DNA of 64,000 nucleotides, taken from Marsupella aquatica (taxonomy: Eukaryota; Plantae; Marchantiophyta). Shown piece by piece: positions 17,611-31,020 of the stretch. The position numbers and the translations under genes are program-made. Below the pieces are notes generated by a model, which worked only from the letters and a program-made list of their open reading frames with translations, was not told the DNA's origin and made no database searches. The DNA is taken from positions 23,532,622-23,596,621 of the forward strand of contig OZ316895.1 of the NCBI GenBank assembly GCA_973895155.1, in the 5' to 3' direction. Every line of letters begins with the position of its first letter. Position 1 is the first letter of the stretch.

Positions 17611-18810
17611 ATGCCCTACATGCAATGTAATGTGGCAGTGGATATGTCCTCTTCCTCTGAACTATCCAGTAGTGAGTACTCCTCCGATGACGATATACCC
17701 CCTCCTCCTCAGCCCGAGGTTACTGGTCCTCGTGGTCCACCCCGAAGACTTTGTGACTGCACCAGATGTGTGGGCCAAATTTCTCAAAAATCTTATGTGT
17801 GTGCTCAACATATTGAGAGATATGGACGTCATAGAGGTCTTACTCCTAGGGCTTCTTCATCCCATATGGTAAGTTTGTTTCAATTGATTGCGGTTCTTTA
17901 CTGTTATTTTTAGAGGTGAATCAATGTTTACACATATGGTTTACACATTTGGTTGTTTGTGGGTGTTTGCATGGAATAGGGATCCAGTATGCGTAGATTG
18001 GTGACACCACCACCCTATGTCCCATCACAAGGAGTTTTAGATGCTATAGGCAATGCACTTTCACAAGCCTTGGGTTTGGGAATTAGTACCAGTCATGGGA
18101 CAGAAGGGGAACACCCTCATGTGCCCACTGAGACACGAAGACCCCGGTCCAGGCCCCAATCCAACAGGAGGCCACGAGCACCCAATGACCCATCCAGAAC
18201 ACTAGTTCAGGGTAGGTGGGGTGTTTGTTCATTCACTGGCAAGTGTGCCTCTATCATCAAGGATTGGGAACCTATCACTCTTGGCTTGCCTTATTTTACA
18301 GATTTTGATGAGGAGATTGTGGTTTGGGGTAGACGTTGGATTGTGAAAACTTCCACACTTGGAGAGAGACATGGATATGGAGTATTTGCTTGTGAGGATA
18401 TCATCATGGATGAGGAGGGTGGGTCAAGTGTTCGTGGTAGAGAGGGTCCTACTTTGTTCCCATACGGTGGACCCATCTACAAGAGAAGACATTGGAACAT
18501 GATCCTTGCACAACATCCTGAGTGGAAAACATATGCTCTAGAGATGGATACTTTTGATGGTAGCACTAGAAGGTATAGTGAGCAGCGGGTGATAGATGGT
18601 GATCCCATACGTAATGGGAATATTGCTGGTTTCATAAATAGTACTGTGGGGACTCGGCCCAAGCGTAGGGCCAATTGTGAGTGGGTTTTTACTGATGGTC
18701 CAATGCCGGCACCATATGGCACGACATATCATAAGGACCATTGCTTAGTTCTTGCTACTAGGACCATTAGAGCAGGAGATGAGTTATTCACACACTATGA
18801 GTGGGATTAG
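17611..18810 (+). CDS. Transposon-borne SET-domain protein (putative lysine methyltransferase); exons 17611-17868 and 17980-18810
   Basis: SET motifs in order: VKTSTLGERHGYGVFACEDI (GxG), YGG, DG...GNIAGFINS, ANC, and ATRTIRAGDELFTHY (GEEL..Y). The donor ATG|GTAAGT at 17868 and acceptor ATAG|GGA at 17980 join in frame (phase 0). The start codon could also be the ATG at 17644. Confidence 0.85.
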
Positions 18811-21800
18811 GAAATCATGTCCTTTATCCTCTTGCACCTATTTTGGACTTCCCATTTACTATTATATATATGGCCTTTGGGCTCATTTTGGAGTAATAAG
18901 GTTTTAGCCCATGCATTTACTTTAATTCTTAATGTCTTGAATGAATGGTGTTAAGTCTATTTTAATTTGTTGTACTTGGTCAAATATACATGAGGAGGTT
19001 TTTTGGTTGTAATGTGCATAGAATGCGCAACCATCTCAACAAATGTTACCACGAAGGTTGAGAGCAACATATTGGGAGATGGGTATGCCAGAAGAGGGAG
19101 AACCATCAGAGGGTGATTCCTCATCAAGTAATGATGTAGGTGGTGCTGATGAGGAAGCCGCACCTCGGACTGATGACCAGGTCATGCATGATCAAGATAG
19201 AGCCATGGATGACTTCATGGTTGATTGGTTTGGTGCCGATGTTGAGGATGATGTGCCTCACATTGGTCATGAGGTTGGCCCTTCAAATGACCCACGGCCA
19301 CAACATACTCCAGAGGGACAACAACAATGGAAAGAGGCAGAGGAACATGCTCGAACACCTATTTTTGAGGGTGCTCGGTTGAGCCGTCTTTCTGCCATAT
19401 TGGGGCTCTTGAACATTCAAGCCAAACACAAGACAAGCAATTCTATGTTATCAGACATATTTGAATATTGTCATGACTTGATGTTACCCTCGGAGAATGT
19501 GTTGCCAGGGACCTGGAAGGATGCAAAGAAGGTTCTCTCATCCATTGGTATGGATTACCATATTATTCATGCCTGTGTGAATGATTGCATGTTATTTCAC
19601 GGGGATACAGCCCATATCACAGAATGCACAGTGTGTCATGAGCCACGGTATGAGCCAAACATGCTAACCCAGAAGGTACCAAGGAAAGCAGTTTGTTGGT
19701 TCCCCATAATTCCTCGCTTGTTGCACATGTATAGATGTTCTTACTTGGCCGAGTTGATGGTATGGCACAAGAAACATCGTTCGGAGCCCGGTGTCATGCG
19801 ATTACCAGTTGACTCTCCTGCTCATAAACATGTGGAATCAACATGGCCAGATTTTGAGCGTGACCCTCGGCATGTGCGACTGGGGTTGGCATCAGATGGA
19901 GTTAGCCCTCATTCACTTGGAGGGAAGGGGAGACCTACATCGGTCTGGCCTGTGGTTCTCATGAATTACAACCTTCCACCATGGTTGTCCATGAAAAAGG
20001 GTTTTTTGTTGCTATCTTTGATTATCCCAGGGCCAAAGAAGGTGAAGAACATGGACACCTATTTGACATTACTGGTTCAGGAACTCCAGAAATTATGGGA
20101 AGGAGTATGGGCATATGATGGTCGAAAGACTACAGGGGGTACCCCACGGGTTTTCAAACTCAAAGGGGTTTGTATGTGGACCATGCATGACTACCCAGGT
20201 AAGAACTTTGTTGTTTAAATGCATCATATTCTAATGCATGGTATCCCCTCATTTCCATGTGCTAATCCTAACATAATGTGTGTTTATATGACCAGGATTT
20301 GGCTTTGTGAGTGGGTTGCAAACCCAAGGCTACAAGGCTTGCTCCACTTGTGGCCCAAGCCTTGGTGATGTAGCCAAGTATTCATCACATCTTCGCAAGA
20401 TTGTTTATCTTGGGCATACAAAGTTTCTTCCAATGGGACATCAGATGAGGCGTGACCCACTACTATTTTCCTCTATTGATATGCCCTTTGGTGACGAGCG
20501 TGATGTACCTGAGCCAACAACTTTTACACACTGGAAAGACATGGCTGCAAGAGTGGCAGACCCAGAGGATCCCATGCAATTTGATGGTAGTGGCTTGACA
20601 AGGTGGAGTATATTAACCACTTTGCCCTATTGGGGTGAGTTGAAGATCCGCCATCTATTAGACCCCATGCACATTGAGGGAAATGTGGGAAAGGCTTTGA
20701 TAAAGGCTTTCTATGGAGAGAAAGACACTAACTTCAGGGAGGCTTGTGAGGATCTTGAGATGCATCCAGACGTGTGGGTCATAAGTGATCCTATCACAGG
20801 GATCGAGCATCGACCTTCAGCTCCATGGGTGCTTCCTATTGGCCAGAGAAGGGAGTTTCAGAATCGCATAGGAGACATGCGGTTTCCTACTGGTTATGGT
20901 GCCAATCTCCGAAAGGCCTTTGGGATGGAGGACAATCATAAGTGGCCAAGGTATCTCAAGACACATGACTACCATAGGTTATTGCAGCACATATTGCCTG
21001 TGGCCATAATAGGTTTGGCAAGTGAAGAAGTGCAAGATGCCCTTTGGTCATTGGGAAAACTATTGAGATGGGTATGCTCTAAGGAGATATATACTGATGA
21101 GATCCCTGGGATGGAGGTTTTGGTAGCAGAGGTGGTATGCAAGTTGGAGAAGGCCCTTCCTCCTTCCTTTTTTGACTGTCAAGTGCATTTACTTGTTCAT
21201 CTTGTTCATGAGGTGGCCATTGCAGGTCCTGTGCATTGTCGGTGGATGTATTGGCTAGAACGATACATGGCAGTGTTAAAAGGTTATGTACGTAACCGTG
21301 CACGGGTTGAGGGAAGCATGGCTACAGGATACTTAGCAGCTGAGAGTATGTTCTATTGTAGTAACATATTGGCCACAATTGATTGTACCTCTCCCCGTAC
21401 TTGGGTAGAGGAGAGGGAAGATGAAGAGGATCGTTTAACAGGTGCTAGGAAAACTCGCATGTTGACATCAGTGGAGGTGAAACAACTGACCACATTCATG
21501 TTGAGTAACAGCACTATCATGGAAGAATGGAGGGATTTCTATGAGGATGCCAAAAGTAACAGCACAAGACCAAGGATTTTTCCAAAGTACCTTGACTATA
21601 TGAAGGAGAAGTTAGTTGAGGTGGATGACATGGTGGTCAGGGGAGAGAGTGTATTACATTTTCCGGCTATCACAGATGATGTTCGTACCATTGTTCATGG
21701 TCCCTTGAGAGTGGTTACAACAAGGACAGCAATGTGGACACAAGGAAGACATTTCAGGTGATCTCCATCTACCTTAGTAACCTTTGATTTGAATCACTTG

Positions 21801-22415
21801 GTTTAATTTAATTCATTTGTAATACAAGCACGTATATTGAAGAGGCAGATTCTTGGTGTGTTCAATTAATTGGAATATGTTTGTGTCTATTTTTGTGTAA
21901 CATATCCTTATGGTTTGATGGATTTTAGGATTTCTTCCCTTGATGAGAAGAGGGGTCGTACCTTTGATTGTGGAGTTCAAGGACAATTCTCTCAAGATTC
22001 CCGCAGCAGTCGGCATGACACAAATATTATTCGAGATGTTGTGCCACATTATGGAAAGGTAGAAGAGATTCTAGTGATATCTTATGATGCACAATCAAAG
22101 TTTGAAGAGTATGTCTTCAAGTGCAAATGGTTCAAAGTGAACCTTGCAGGTAACAATCCTACTGTGGTTCAAGATGAGTGTGGATTTACACGACTGAAGA
22201 CTTCTGCCACTAGTTTCCAGCCATCTCATTGGCAAACATCAGAGCCGTTCACTTTTCCAAGTCATGTGGAACAATGTTTCTATATTCCATACCCCCCAAA
22301 CCCAGAGGAATGGTCACTTGTCATCACATATGTGCCACGGTCTCGTTCAATCGTTGGGGAAAAGCCTGATATTCTGGTTGTGTCCCAACCTGAAGATGAT
22401 GAGGACCAAGTTTGA
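17611..22415 (+). CDS. CACTA TnpD/Tnp2 transposase; exons 17611-17868, 19022-20198, 20296-21757, 21929-22415
   Basis: Transposase_21-type motifs IHACVNDCMLF, RHVRLGLASDG, WPVVLMNYNLPPW, LIIPGPK, WTMHDYPG, LDPMHIEGN; DUF4218-type LKTHDYH, FFDCQVHLLVHL, GPVHCRWMYWLER; DUF4216-type YGKVEEI, FKCKWF, EPF. All junctions are GT-AG and keep the frame, with no stops. Use of exon 1 is inferred. Confidence 0.93.
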
Positions 22416-24498
22416 GGGGTCTGTGTTTGTGGATATATAGCTACACGGATATATAGTTAGATTTGATGATATGAAGATTTCTCTTCTCGGTAGAATGGAG
22501 AAATATGCGCTTCTCAATTATCAATAAACTTATGTTTTGTAAGTATATCATTTTCAAATGTTGTTTTCTATATCTCCCATCCCTACCCCACACTCACCAC
22601 ACCTTTTGGTAGACTTTATGCAAAGAAAACTCATGTTGCTTGTAGTCCTCTATCCTCCATGCTTTCCTAATCCCCCCTAGCTGTTCTCCTTATTACTTGT
22701 ACCCACCTCCCTCCTCCTTTCTTTCATTGTCTGTCCCTCTTATTAAACCCTCCTTCCTCCTTCCTCTCCTTGTCCCAACCCCTGGCTTTCTATTTCAACC
22801 CTATACTTTCCTTACTTTCCACCCCTGTCCCCCACTCTTACCTATACAACCTAGCTTCTCTCCTCCCTCCTAAACCTATACCCTTAAACCTCCCTCATTT
22901 CCTTGTCCCTCTCTAAACCAATACCCTCCCTCCTTTCCTTGTCCCTCTCTAAACCCTAAACTCCCTCCTTTTTATTTTCACTCCCTAAATCCAAACCCTC
23001 CCTAAAACTATATCTACATACCCTTCCTCCTCCCTCATTTCCTTGTGCCCCCTAAACCTGTATCCTCCCTCTTGGATCCCTCCGTTCCTTGTCCCTCCTA
23101 GCCCCATTCCCTTCCTCCTCCTTTTCATTGTCCCTCCCTAAAAATTACATGTATCCACCCTCCTTTACCCTCCCTCCCCAATCCCATTCCTTTTCCACCT
23201 CTTTGAAGCGCTCATAATATTTTGCGAAACATCTTGCGAAACCCCTACACCCGCAAACTCATCGCTACATTTGCGATACTTAACAGCTCCCTAATTGCCA
23301 TCATCCCCTCATCGCAAACTTCCGAAGATACCACCATCTCAAAGTTGCGAAACCAAAACATTCACAAAATGAGACCCTAGACAGGCACAGGATTTGCGAG
23401 CCTATTACTATTGCAAGTTAGCCATATATTCCACAAACATCGCTCATTTGCGAGACAATAAGACTCGCAAAATATTTTGAGATGCTTAAATATTCGCAAC
23501 CATTTAGTTTTCCAGCGCATCTCAATGAATTTGCGAAGCGGTAAAGATCGCTAACTTGTTCAATGGTAATTGCTTCGGGAATGTTTTGCGATACCTGAAG
23601 TGTCGTAAAATGTTGCGATGGTCTAAGTTTCGCAATTATGTGTTGCGATGTGTGTAGATTCGCTAAGTGCGATGCGTATCGTATCGCAAGGTTAGCGATG
23701 AGATTAATCTTGCAAAGCTTTCTTCCTCTTGTAAAACGCCTTCGCAAAATTGGCAAATATGTAGTAGTGTTCCCGTCCAGAGATTTCCCTCGCCATCATG
23801 GAGAGTCACACTTACAAGAAATCTTGAGAGACGGAATATGATTTGGCATACTCTTGGAGCACTTAAAATACAAGGAAGGCAATTAAATATGGCTGATGTC
23901 TGCTCCACAAGGAAGAAGACAACAAACACCCATTCTGGTTCTACCCTTATTCTGGCTCTACCCTTACGCCCAAAAATGTGGTCCAGGAGATGGGTTATAG
24001 TCATCCATCTTATGAAACCAACTGTAGCAGTCTTTCAAGAGGCTTCATTGTCTCAATCTTCATCAATGAGGGCCTAAAGAAGATGACAAATTCTGTTATG
24101 ATGGCAAGTTCTCTCAGGGCTTCATTCGCCATAGTGTTTAGGAGCATTCAATTTGGATTCAAATGGTCACCATGTGGATGTGAAGTGGTCAATCTGCCAA
24201 TGTATTTTTGTTACAAAAGTGAGGGTGTGTTAGATGCAGTAGGACCTGTTCATGTAATCCTAAGTGAAATGATGGCTGTAGACAGAGAATTATGCTGGAT
24301 GTTTATCTGTCCATCTATCTCTAGGGAGAAACAAAGAGTGACAAGGAAACTGGTGACACATGAAACAGTGAACTGTCCCTGCCAGAACCTAGGGTGATAG
24401 GAGAAATGGCCAGGTGATAAGGGAGATGGCAAGGTGACATGGGATATCTCTGGACAAAGCAAATATTCAACCCATTGTCAAATACTTTAAGGTCATGC

Positions 24499-24633
24499 GT
24501 TCATTGATAATGGTGCTTGCCCAGTGATATCTCTCCACGTGTCTGGTTTAATGTCTCATTACACATGTTCATTGATAATGGTGCTTGCCGAGTGATATCT
24601 CTCCATGTGTTTGGTTTAATGTCTCATTACACA
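24499..24633. repeat. Tandem duplication, about 68-bp unit x2
   Basis: GTTCATTGATAATGGTGCTTGCC...GTCTCATTACACAT occurs twice. Confidence 0.9.
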
Positions 24634-26362
24634 TTATACAGTTGGTGTACACATTGAGCGCTACCAGCAAGAGAGGAATCCTGTCAGGGTCAATCAAAAT
24701 TCAACACAGGGCCTGAAAGTACGATCAAAGACATATGGTCTGAGTTATGAGCTATACAGTTTCCCAGGTGTCTCCCCACATATGCCGGTCGACATAAGGT
24801 CACCCTATACCTCATAATGGCGACCATATGACCTTAAACCTATACATTATGCTTGCTTTGTGACTTCTTTTGTTGCAAGTTGGAATGCTCCACCAGTTGG
24901 GGCATCTCTCACCAAAGCTAAGCTTGCACCCTACACTTTTAACATATTCTCCTTCCGAGCAACCATAAGCCTATCTTTTGTGCCTGGGTTTAATTTGACC
25001 TCATTGTCATGCTAAATGAGCTTCGATCTGTCGTTGCCACATGTTTAGCTTTCATGGAGTGTTCCTCTACTTTGGTCGTTGCCTATAGCCCTGGCTTTGT
25101 TGGGCCAGTTTGTTTTGTGGTGTAATTTCATAATGTCCCAGTTCCATTCCAATAAATAGGCAAATTTTACTCGGTAACATTAAGGAGGAGGCAAAAGAGC
25201 AGGCAAAGAGAAAGGGGAACAACCCAAGTGGGGCCTACGGGTCACCTCAGGAGGCCAAGGATGGCTTGTGCCCAGCAGGTCTCAAGTTCAATCCCAATCC
25301 AGTCAATTCTGCTCCTCCATGTCATATGGATTCTGTGCCAAATTGGCCTGGGCGGGTCAAATGTGTTATGTGCGATAGGCTGGTTTGAAGTGGGTGAAGC
25401 CATATCATTTTCAAGCATTACCATTTAGAGAAATGGTTTTGTTGGAAGATGATAGAACAGATCAGCTTATCAGACAAAAGTTTCAGTCACCTTCATGATG
25501 CCCCTCTCCTGTCTTTGCGCGAAAGATTGTTTCCGTCCCACCCCTACAGATTGATTTCCCAATTTTGCAATGGCCAGTGGCACTTGGATGGTGAAGAATG
25601 TAATTCAGGACAATCCAGCCACACATGACTTAGACTCATCAGCTTATCCTGAATGAGACTAATTGCCTTGCTGCCAGCTAGATGTGATACAACGGGCAGT
25701 TGAAGTAGACATACACATTGAGCAGAAATAGATCGCTGAGCAAGTACCACGTGCAAATTCTGAATCTTGATTTCGTGAATGCAGCACGACATTGAGACAT
25801 TACGTGCAGAGATTCAAAACTTTCTTCACCCACCTACGCATCTATTAAATCTTCAAACCTTTCAGCACTTGCTGCTCAACTCTCTATTGTGCATCTGAAA
25901 ATGGCCTCAAACGAGAAGCTAGCTCAAATGAATGCCCGTGCTGCTGACATCACATTTTGCAAGACAGCAGCGTGATGACCTCAACTTTCAGAGTAGGCCA
26001 AAATTGTGGAAGTGATCTTGATCCTGCTCATTCTACTGCTTTTTCTTGGGAGCAGGGGAATACGCTGTTGCAGTAGGACCAAACATCTACCATACGGCCT
26101 TCTGAAGACATCCATTATTGGAGCATTGCCTGCAACAAGTGTCCCACTTCGGATGAGCAAGAAATATATATCTAGAACTGCAAAGTTTTAACTCCACTAA
26201 ACGAGCCTCTCAAGCTACCCCTCGACATTGTCCCGTGTTTCGAGCTAAGAGCTTTTTTGAGTCATGCCGATATCTCGACAGGCCAAGGAAACGACTATGA
26301 AATGCCGCAAAGAAGGAATCAAGGACGGTGTGACAAACCTTTCCTATTCCAACACAAACTGC

Positions 26363-29300
26363 TCAGTCTGTCTTCTTGTCAGCTGCTTTTTGATCACCAT
26401 CAGCTGTTGGCACCTCTCCTTCAGATGTGCTTTCTTCAGAGACAGACTCATCAAAATCAAGTAGCTGCAGTTCAGGCAAAGACAAGTAGGCCACATGTAA
26501 GTACGCTGGTCCATTCAACATATTTATGCAATTATCTTTCAGGTAGTCCTCCATGAGATCTTTACCGCAATCGTAAGGAAAAATGATGCAGAACTTTACC
26601 GCTTTGACTTCTCCTTTCATCAAACTGTGAACAGCTACGAAACCAATAACACCTGGTACAATGTAGAGTAGAGCTGGCTGCAACACACAAAGAGGAGTAG
26701 GTTAGAGACGATAAAAAGTGAGCATTCACCTAGCTGTGGTCTTAATAACGACGTAATCTCACGTGAAACAGACGTGAAGGAGATTGGGAACATATCATTC
26801 GCTTTCAACATTTGCAGAGCTCACATGTGCAGATAGGATGTTTCCGTAAGGCTAACCTGAGCAGCTTGAAACCAATTCATGACAACTATGGTCACCAATA
26901 ATCCTGCAGTATACCCCGCAAAGGCACTGTTGAAGTAGCGTTTGCCGGTCTTCTGAGAGACGTCAAACCGTAGAGCAAGGGCTACAAAAATGCCTGTACA
27001 TGGAATTCAATTAAGTCAGCAACGAGTATACATATCTGAAAGAATGAGAATTTGGAGTTTAAAATAAAATCCTGGGGACTGACGTAACCACAAACCTGGA
27101 ATGACAATGTCGCCCAAGCCCAGCATGGAGAATGGTCGGGTTATATCTCCTGTGGGAAATATCAGCTGCGGAATACACGAAACAAACAAATATCAAAATT
27201 TCGAAAGCAATGCTTCCGACCTGAAACTTCAGTTATTGGATGATGTGAAGAAAAGCCTACATTACATGGAAAGTGTCTGACCCAGTGGCTAAGATTTAGT
27301 AGAGTATATACCCCAAACCTATCTGCCAGTGAGGAGTGCTTGAATGCCCTTTTGTGTAGACCAACTACTGCAACGCATCGAAGGGAAATGAATGATGTAC
27401 CTTGATAGGAGCGTCAAATGACTTAGCAACGCTGACCATAACCGGAGTAAAGAAGACCCAAAATATGTCATAGAAAAATAACCCTGCCTACAAAGTACCA
27501 AAACAAATTATTCAGTAATAGAACGAAAGTCTGGGTACGTTATAAACTTCGTAAGCCGAAAATAAGTAGGAGATACGCTACACAGTAATTGCCAATTAAA
27601 CTTCACTTTCTCCACAATGGGGAACGGTCCACAAAACACTCCCATCAGAGAAGTTTCGAATGAGAACATAACAAATACATACCAGCAGGATCGCACCGAT
27701 CTTGAATGATCCTAGAGACAACATCTCAATACCCTGCAGGAAATTTGCAAAGAGGCAAAGACTATTGGTCCTCCGCGAAAATCTTACGACAGGGAATTCA
27801 GGAGCTTGACCGGCATAAAACGTGAGAGATGCAAACATTGTGAATTCCAAGATGTCATTGTGTATATTTTCTTCAACAATATTTGAAACCAAAGTGATAA
27901 CAAGAGCATTAAATACCTGTATGGAGAAGGCCAACCCCAGTGTATTGTTTGCCAGCCAATGCTTCTTCAAGACATACCAGACACAAAAAAAGGTGCCTGG
28001 AATGCCTGCAATGACCTGCGACTTGGTGAACACCACCTCCACTTCTGCATTGTATCCAAGGCAATTAGTTTTGGCAACGTATAAGTCAGCTCATCGGTGT
28101 GCCACAAACTATTTGAAGACTTTCGTTTTCGGGAAGACATTATCTCTCTCCGGCCATCAAATGAAAGCATGTGCACATGGATAGGCTAAGAATGGTTTTG
28201 GCACATATTCGCTGTGTCAACACAACTGGTACAAATTATTTCAAAGGGATCGAAGTGACCAGTTCAACAGGCAAGGAATTACGAAAGAGAAAATGCGCAA
28301 AACTTCGGGAAATCTCACTTTTGAAATAGGGGAGATCCCAGGTGATAGGGACATCATTCCAACTTGGGGGCAGGAAGCTGTCAATCACCGGTAATATTGT
28401 TGCACTGCAAAACATCAATAGATGTAAACCAGATGGTAAGCACACAATCTGCAACATTCACGTCTCAACATATTGCTCCAATATTCAAGGCTATCCAAAA
28501 ACACAAATCTCTCTGAGACGGTCATGAACCGTTTGGTAGAAATGAAACAAAGTGAACAATAACATCTAACGTTCAGACTGATGCAGAAAAGGATAGCTTA
28601 GCATTGCCCACAAAATTAGTGATTTTGAGCCCACATACGATAGCGCAAGAATGCCCAGAACAAAGAAGTAGACCGTGAGGACTGTGTTGATCAGATCCTT
28701 CGGAAGGAACTTGAATAGAAGGAAAAGCGAGAAAAGAACAGCACTCCCAATGAATGGAAAGCGCATTGCGTGCTCCTTCGACATTGTTTCCTGCAATACA
28801 CAGACAGCCCTTAGAGGTGCATCAAAACCCTACGTGAATTTTCACCTTGAGTCAAACAGCCTATCCAGCCAAAATTAAAGAGCTAGAAAAAAGCAGATTA
28901 AAGGAGGCAGAGAAACTTACAGTAGGAGGCGCAGGCTTGACAGAGCGGTGGCAACCAATGAACACAGTCAGGCATGCTGTTGCTATCACATTGAAGTTCG
29001 GGTTCACTGTCACTACCAGAGGTGCCAGAGTCAAACCTGCAAACGAAAGGTGTACAAAAGATGCCGTGCTTAAGATCAAGCTCAAAACATCTGAACTCCA
29101 CGGGCCAAATATATTTTTTGCGCTCGCTGTGATCCTTAAGGGAACCAAGGCCACACCTGATGGCTAATACAGCACAGCTGTGGCTGATGTACAGGAACAT
29201 TCCCAAACCTTACCAACGGCATACTGCAAACCTACAAGGTGTGGCTTTGAATTTAAATTGGCGTAAATTGAACTCCCAAGAAGCAAGATAGAATCCCAGA

Positions 29301-30039
29301 CTGATGCTTGAACCCGGTTATTTCGCACATTGCAAGCTCCCATTGCCTTCGCACATTGACGAAGACAAGGCTGGATGCAAAACTGTTAGGAGTCGAAGCA
29401 GTCAACTCACGATGAAGAATGGCCCCCCATCCTCCTCGCCAATGGAGACAGACCTAATTAACACTCATCGACAACGCACACGCGATCTACACACATCACG
29501 ACCTCTCATGCCTAAGATAGTCGTCCTGTGCCCTATGAAAGACACTAAGCTCTGCAATCAGACTCGAATGGAAATCCCAGAGTCCATTAAGTCTGCAATT
29601 AGTCACGCTCAAAGTAGACAGGGGAGCAGCGAAAAGTGGCCGCGGGAGCGGTGTCCGAGATTTGTCTAACGCAATTCGATCGTCAAATAGATGGAACGAG
29701 ACGGAAAGAGAGGAAGCCAAATCCGCTGTTCTTCCACAAAAACCAAACGAAAGCATAAAACAGATCGGTGTTCTTCCATAATGGAAAAACAACAACAATT
29801 GAGAACGCAAAACAGATCTGAATTATGAAGACATAAATGCTTTTCACGGTAAAGCCTCAGAAAGAAAGACTCGAAGTCGACGACGAGCAAACATACCTCC
29901 AATTACTCAAGCCTACACCAACGACATCGCTGCTTATCCAGAACGCAACAACAGTGAAGACGATGGAGCCAATTTGTTTTTAAAGAAATGAATACCAACC
30001 TACGAGCGCCGCGCTCGCTATGCGCTCTGCTGTTGCCAT
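26363..30039 (-). CDS. SPP: Signal peptide peptidase (presenilin-type GxGD aspartyl protease), about 11 exons
   Basis: Exon chain MATAERIASAALV-G / LTLAPLVVTVNPN / ETMSKEHAMRFP / KHWLANNTLGLAF / GIEMLSLGSFK / GLFFYDIFWVFF (YD) / LGLGDIVIPG (GxGD) / QPALLY (PAL). C-terminus DKKTD resembles a KKXX ER-retrieval signal. First exon 30000-30039. Confidence 0.95.
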
Positions 30040-30890
30040 GACCGCAAAGACCGCGTCACAAATGAGCACTCGCAACCCTCGCCTAAACCTCCTCCCAGAA
30101 CTCTACTTCGCTGCCTCGTTCCTTTTCTACTCGTCGTCTTCTCTCCTTCTTTTCTCGAGCTACTCCAGTTCAACCTAATTCACCTCCGTTAAGTCCCATA
30201 ATCAACCCGAAAACTGGCTGTTCCCTCCCTTTCCCTCTGATCACTAGTCCAAATTCCACGCTCCACTCTCCACTCCGCAAATTGATGCCTGCTGACAATA
30301 CGCTTCTCCCTGCCTCAGCGTTCTCCAAAATCGCCTCTCTCCAAAATTTACGACAGCTTTGAGACAATTTCGTGCTCCTGTCACAAATACGTCTCAAACG
30401 AGCGTTTCAGACCAGCCGGCGTTCTGCGAAACGCGGATTCCAGCTCTCGACGTGCCGCTGGTGATGCAGCCGGCGACCACAATTGGAGCTCGCGAATTCG
30501 ATCAGTCAATCGAAACACATTGCAGAAGTTGAAGAGCGAAATTAGGACGAAATGACGACAGAAAGACACGATGAAAGTCCCAAAAGAAGAGAGAAGGCCT
30601 CTTGTTCTTCTTTGGAGTGTGAAGGACGGTGAATCGATCCATTAGCCAGATCACGATTAACTAAACTCACCATTTACCACTAATCCGGTTACTCGACGTC
30701 GTGTCAATCACTCCATGTTCAGTAACTAGCAGTACGGGTTCTCTATGACCCTCGATTGCGCATTTTTTTGGATGATCCACGGCCAGGAGAATGCGTTACA
30801 CAGAAGAAATGGTATGCTCTTACAGGGTAGGGAGACGGATTACACTTCCTCGTCCGTACTGTACGTCAGGACGTTTAACAGTGTGTTAGG

Positions 30891-31020
30891 TATTCATTAC
30901 ACAAGACCCACGCAATTACATTACATTACACCTCGGAGAACGCATGAACGACATTGTATTCATTACACAAGACTCACGCAATTACATTACATTACACCTC
31001 GGAGAACGCATGAACGACAT
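30891..31020. repeat. Tandem duplication, 66-bp unit x2
   Basis: TATTCATTACACAAGAC...GAACGACAT occurs twice. Confidence 0.9.

Larger units (their letters stand above)
12875..23769. mobile_element. Full-length CACTA (En/Spm) DNA transposon, 10,895 bp
   Basis: Left end CACTACAACA at 12875 and right end TGTAGTAGTG at 23769 (reverse complement CACTACTACA). 3-bp TSD TTC on both sides. Dense TTCGCA/TGCGA subterminal motifs at about 12895-13400 and 23220-23750. Tnp2-type transposase inside. Confidence 0.95.

Noticed and set aside
23978-24462. ORF fragments right of the CACTA as a retroelement remnant
   Set aside because: No convincing RT or endonuclease motif was found.
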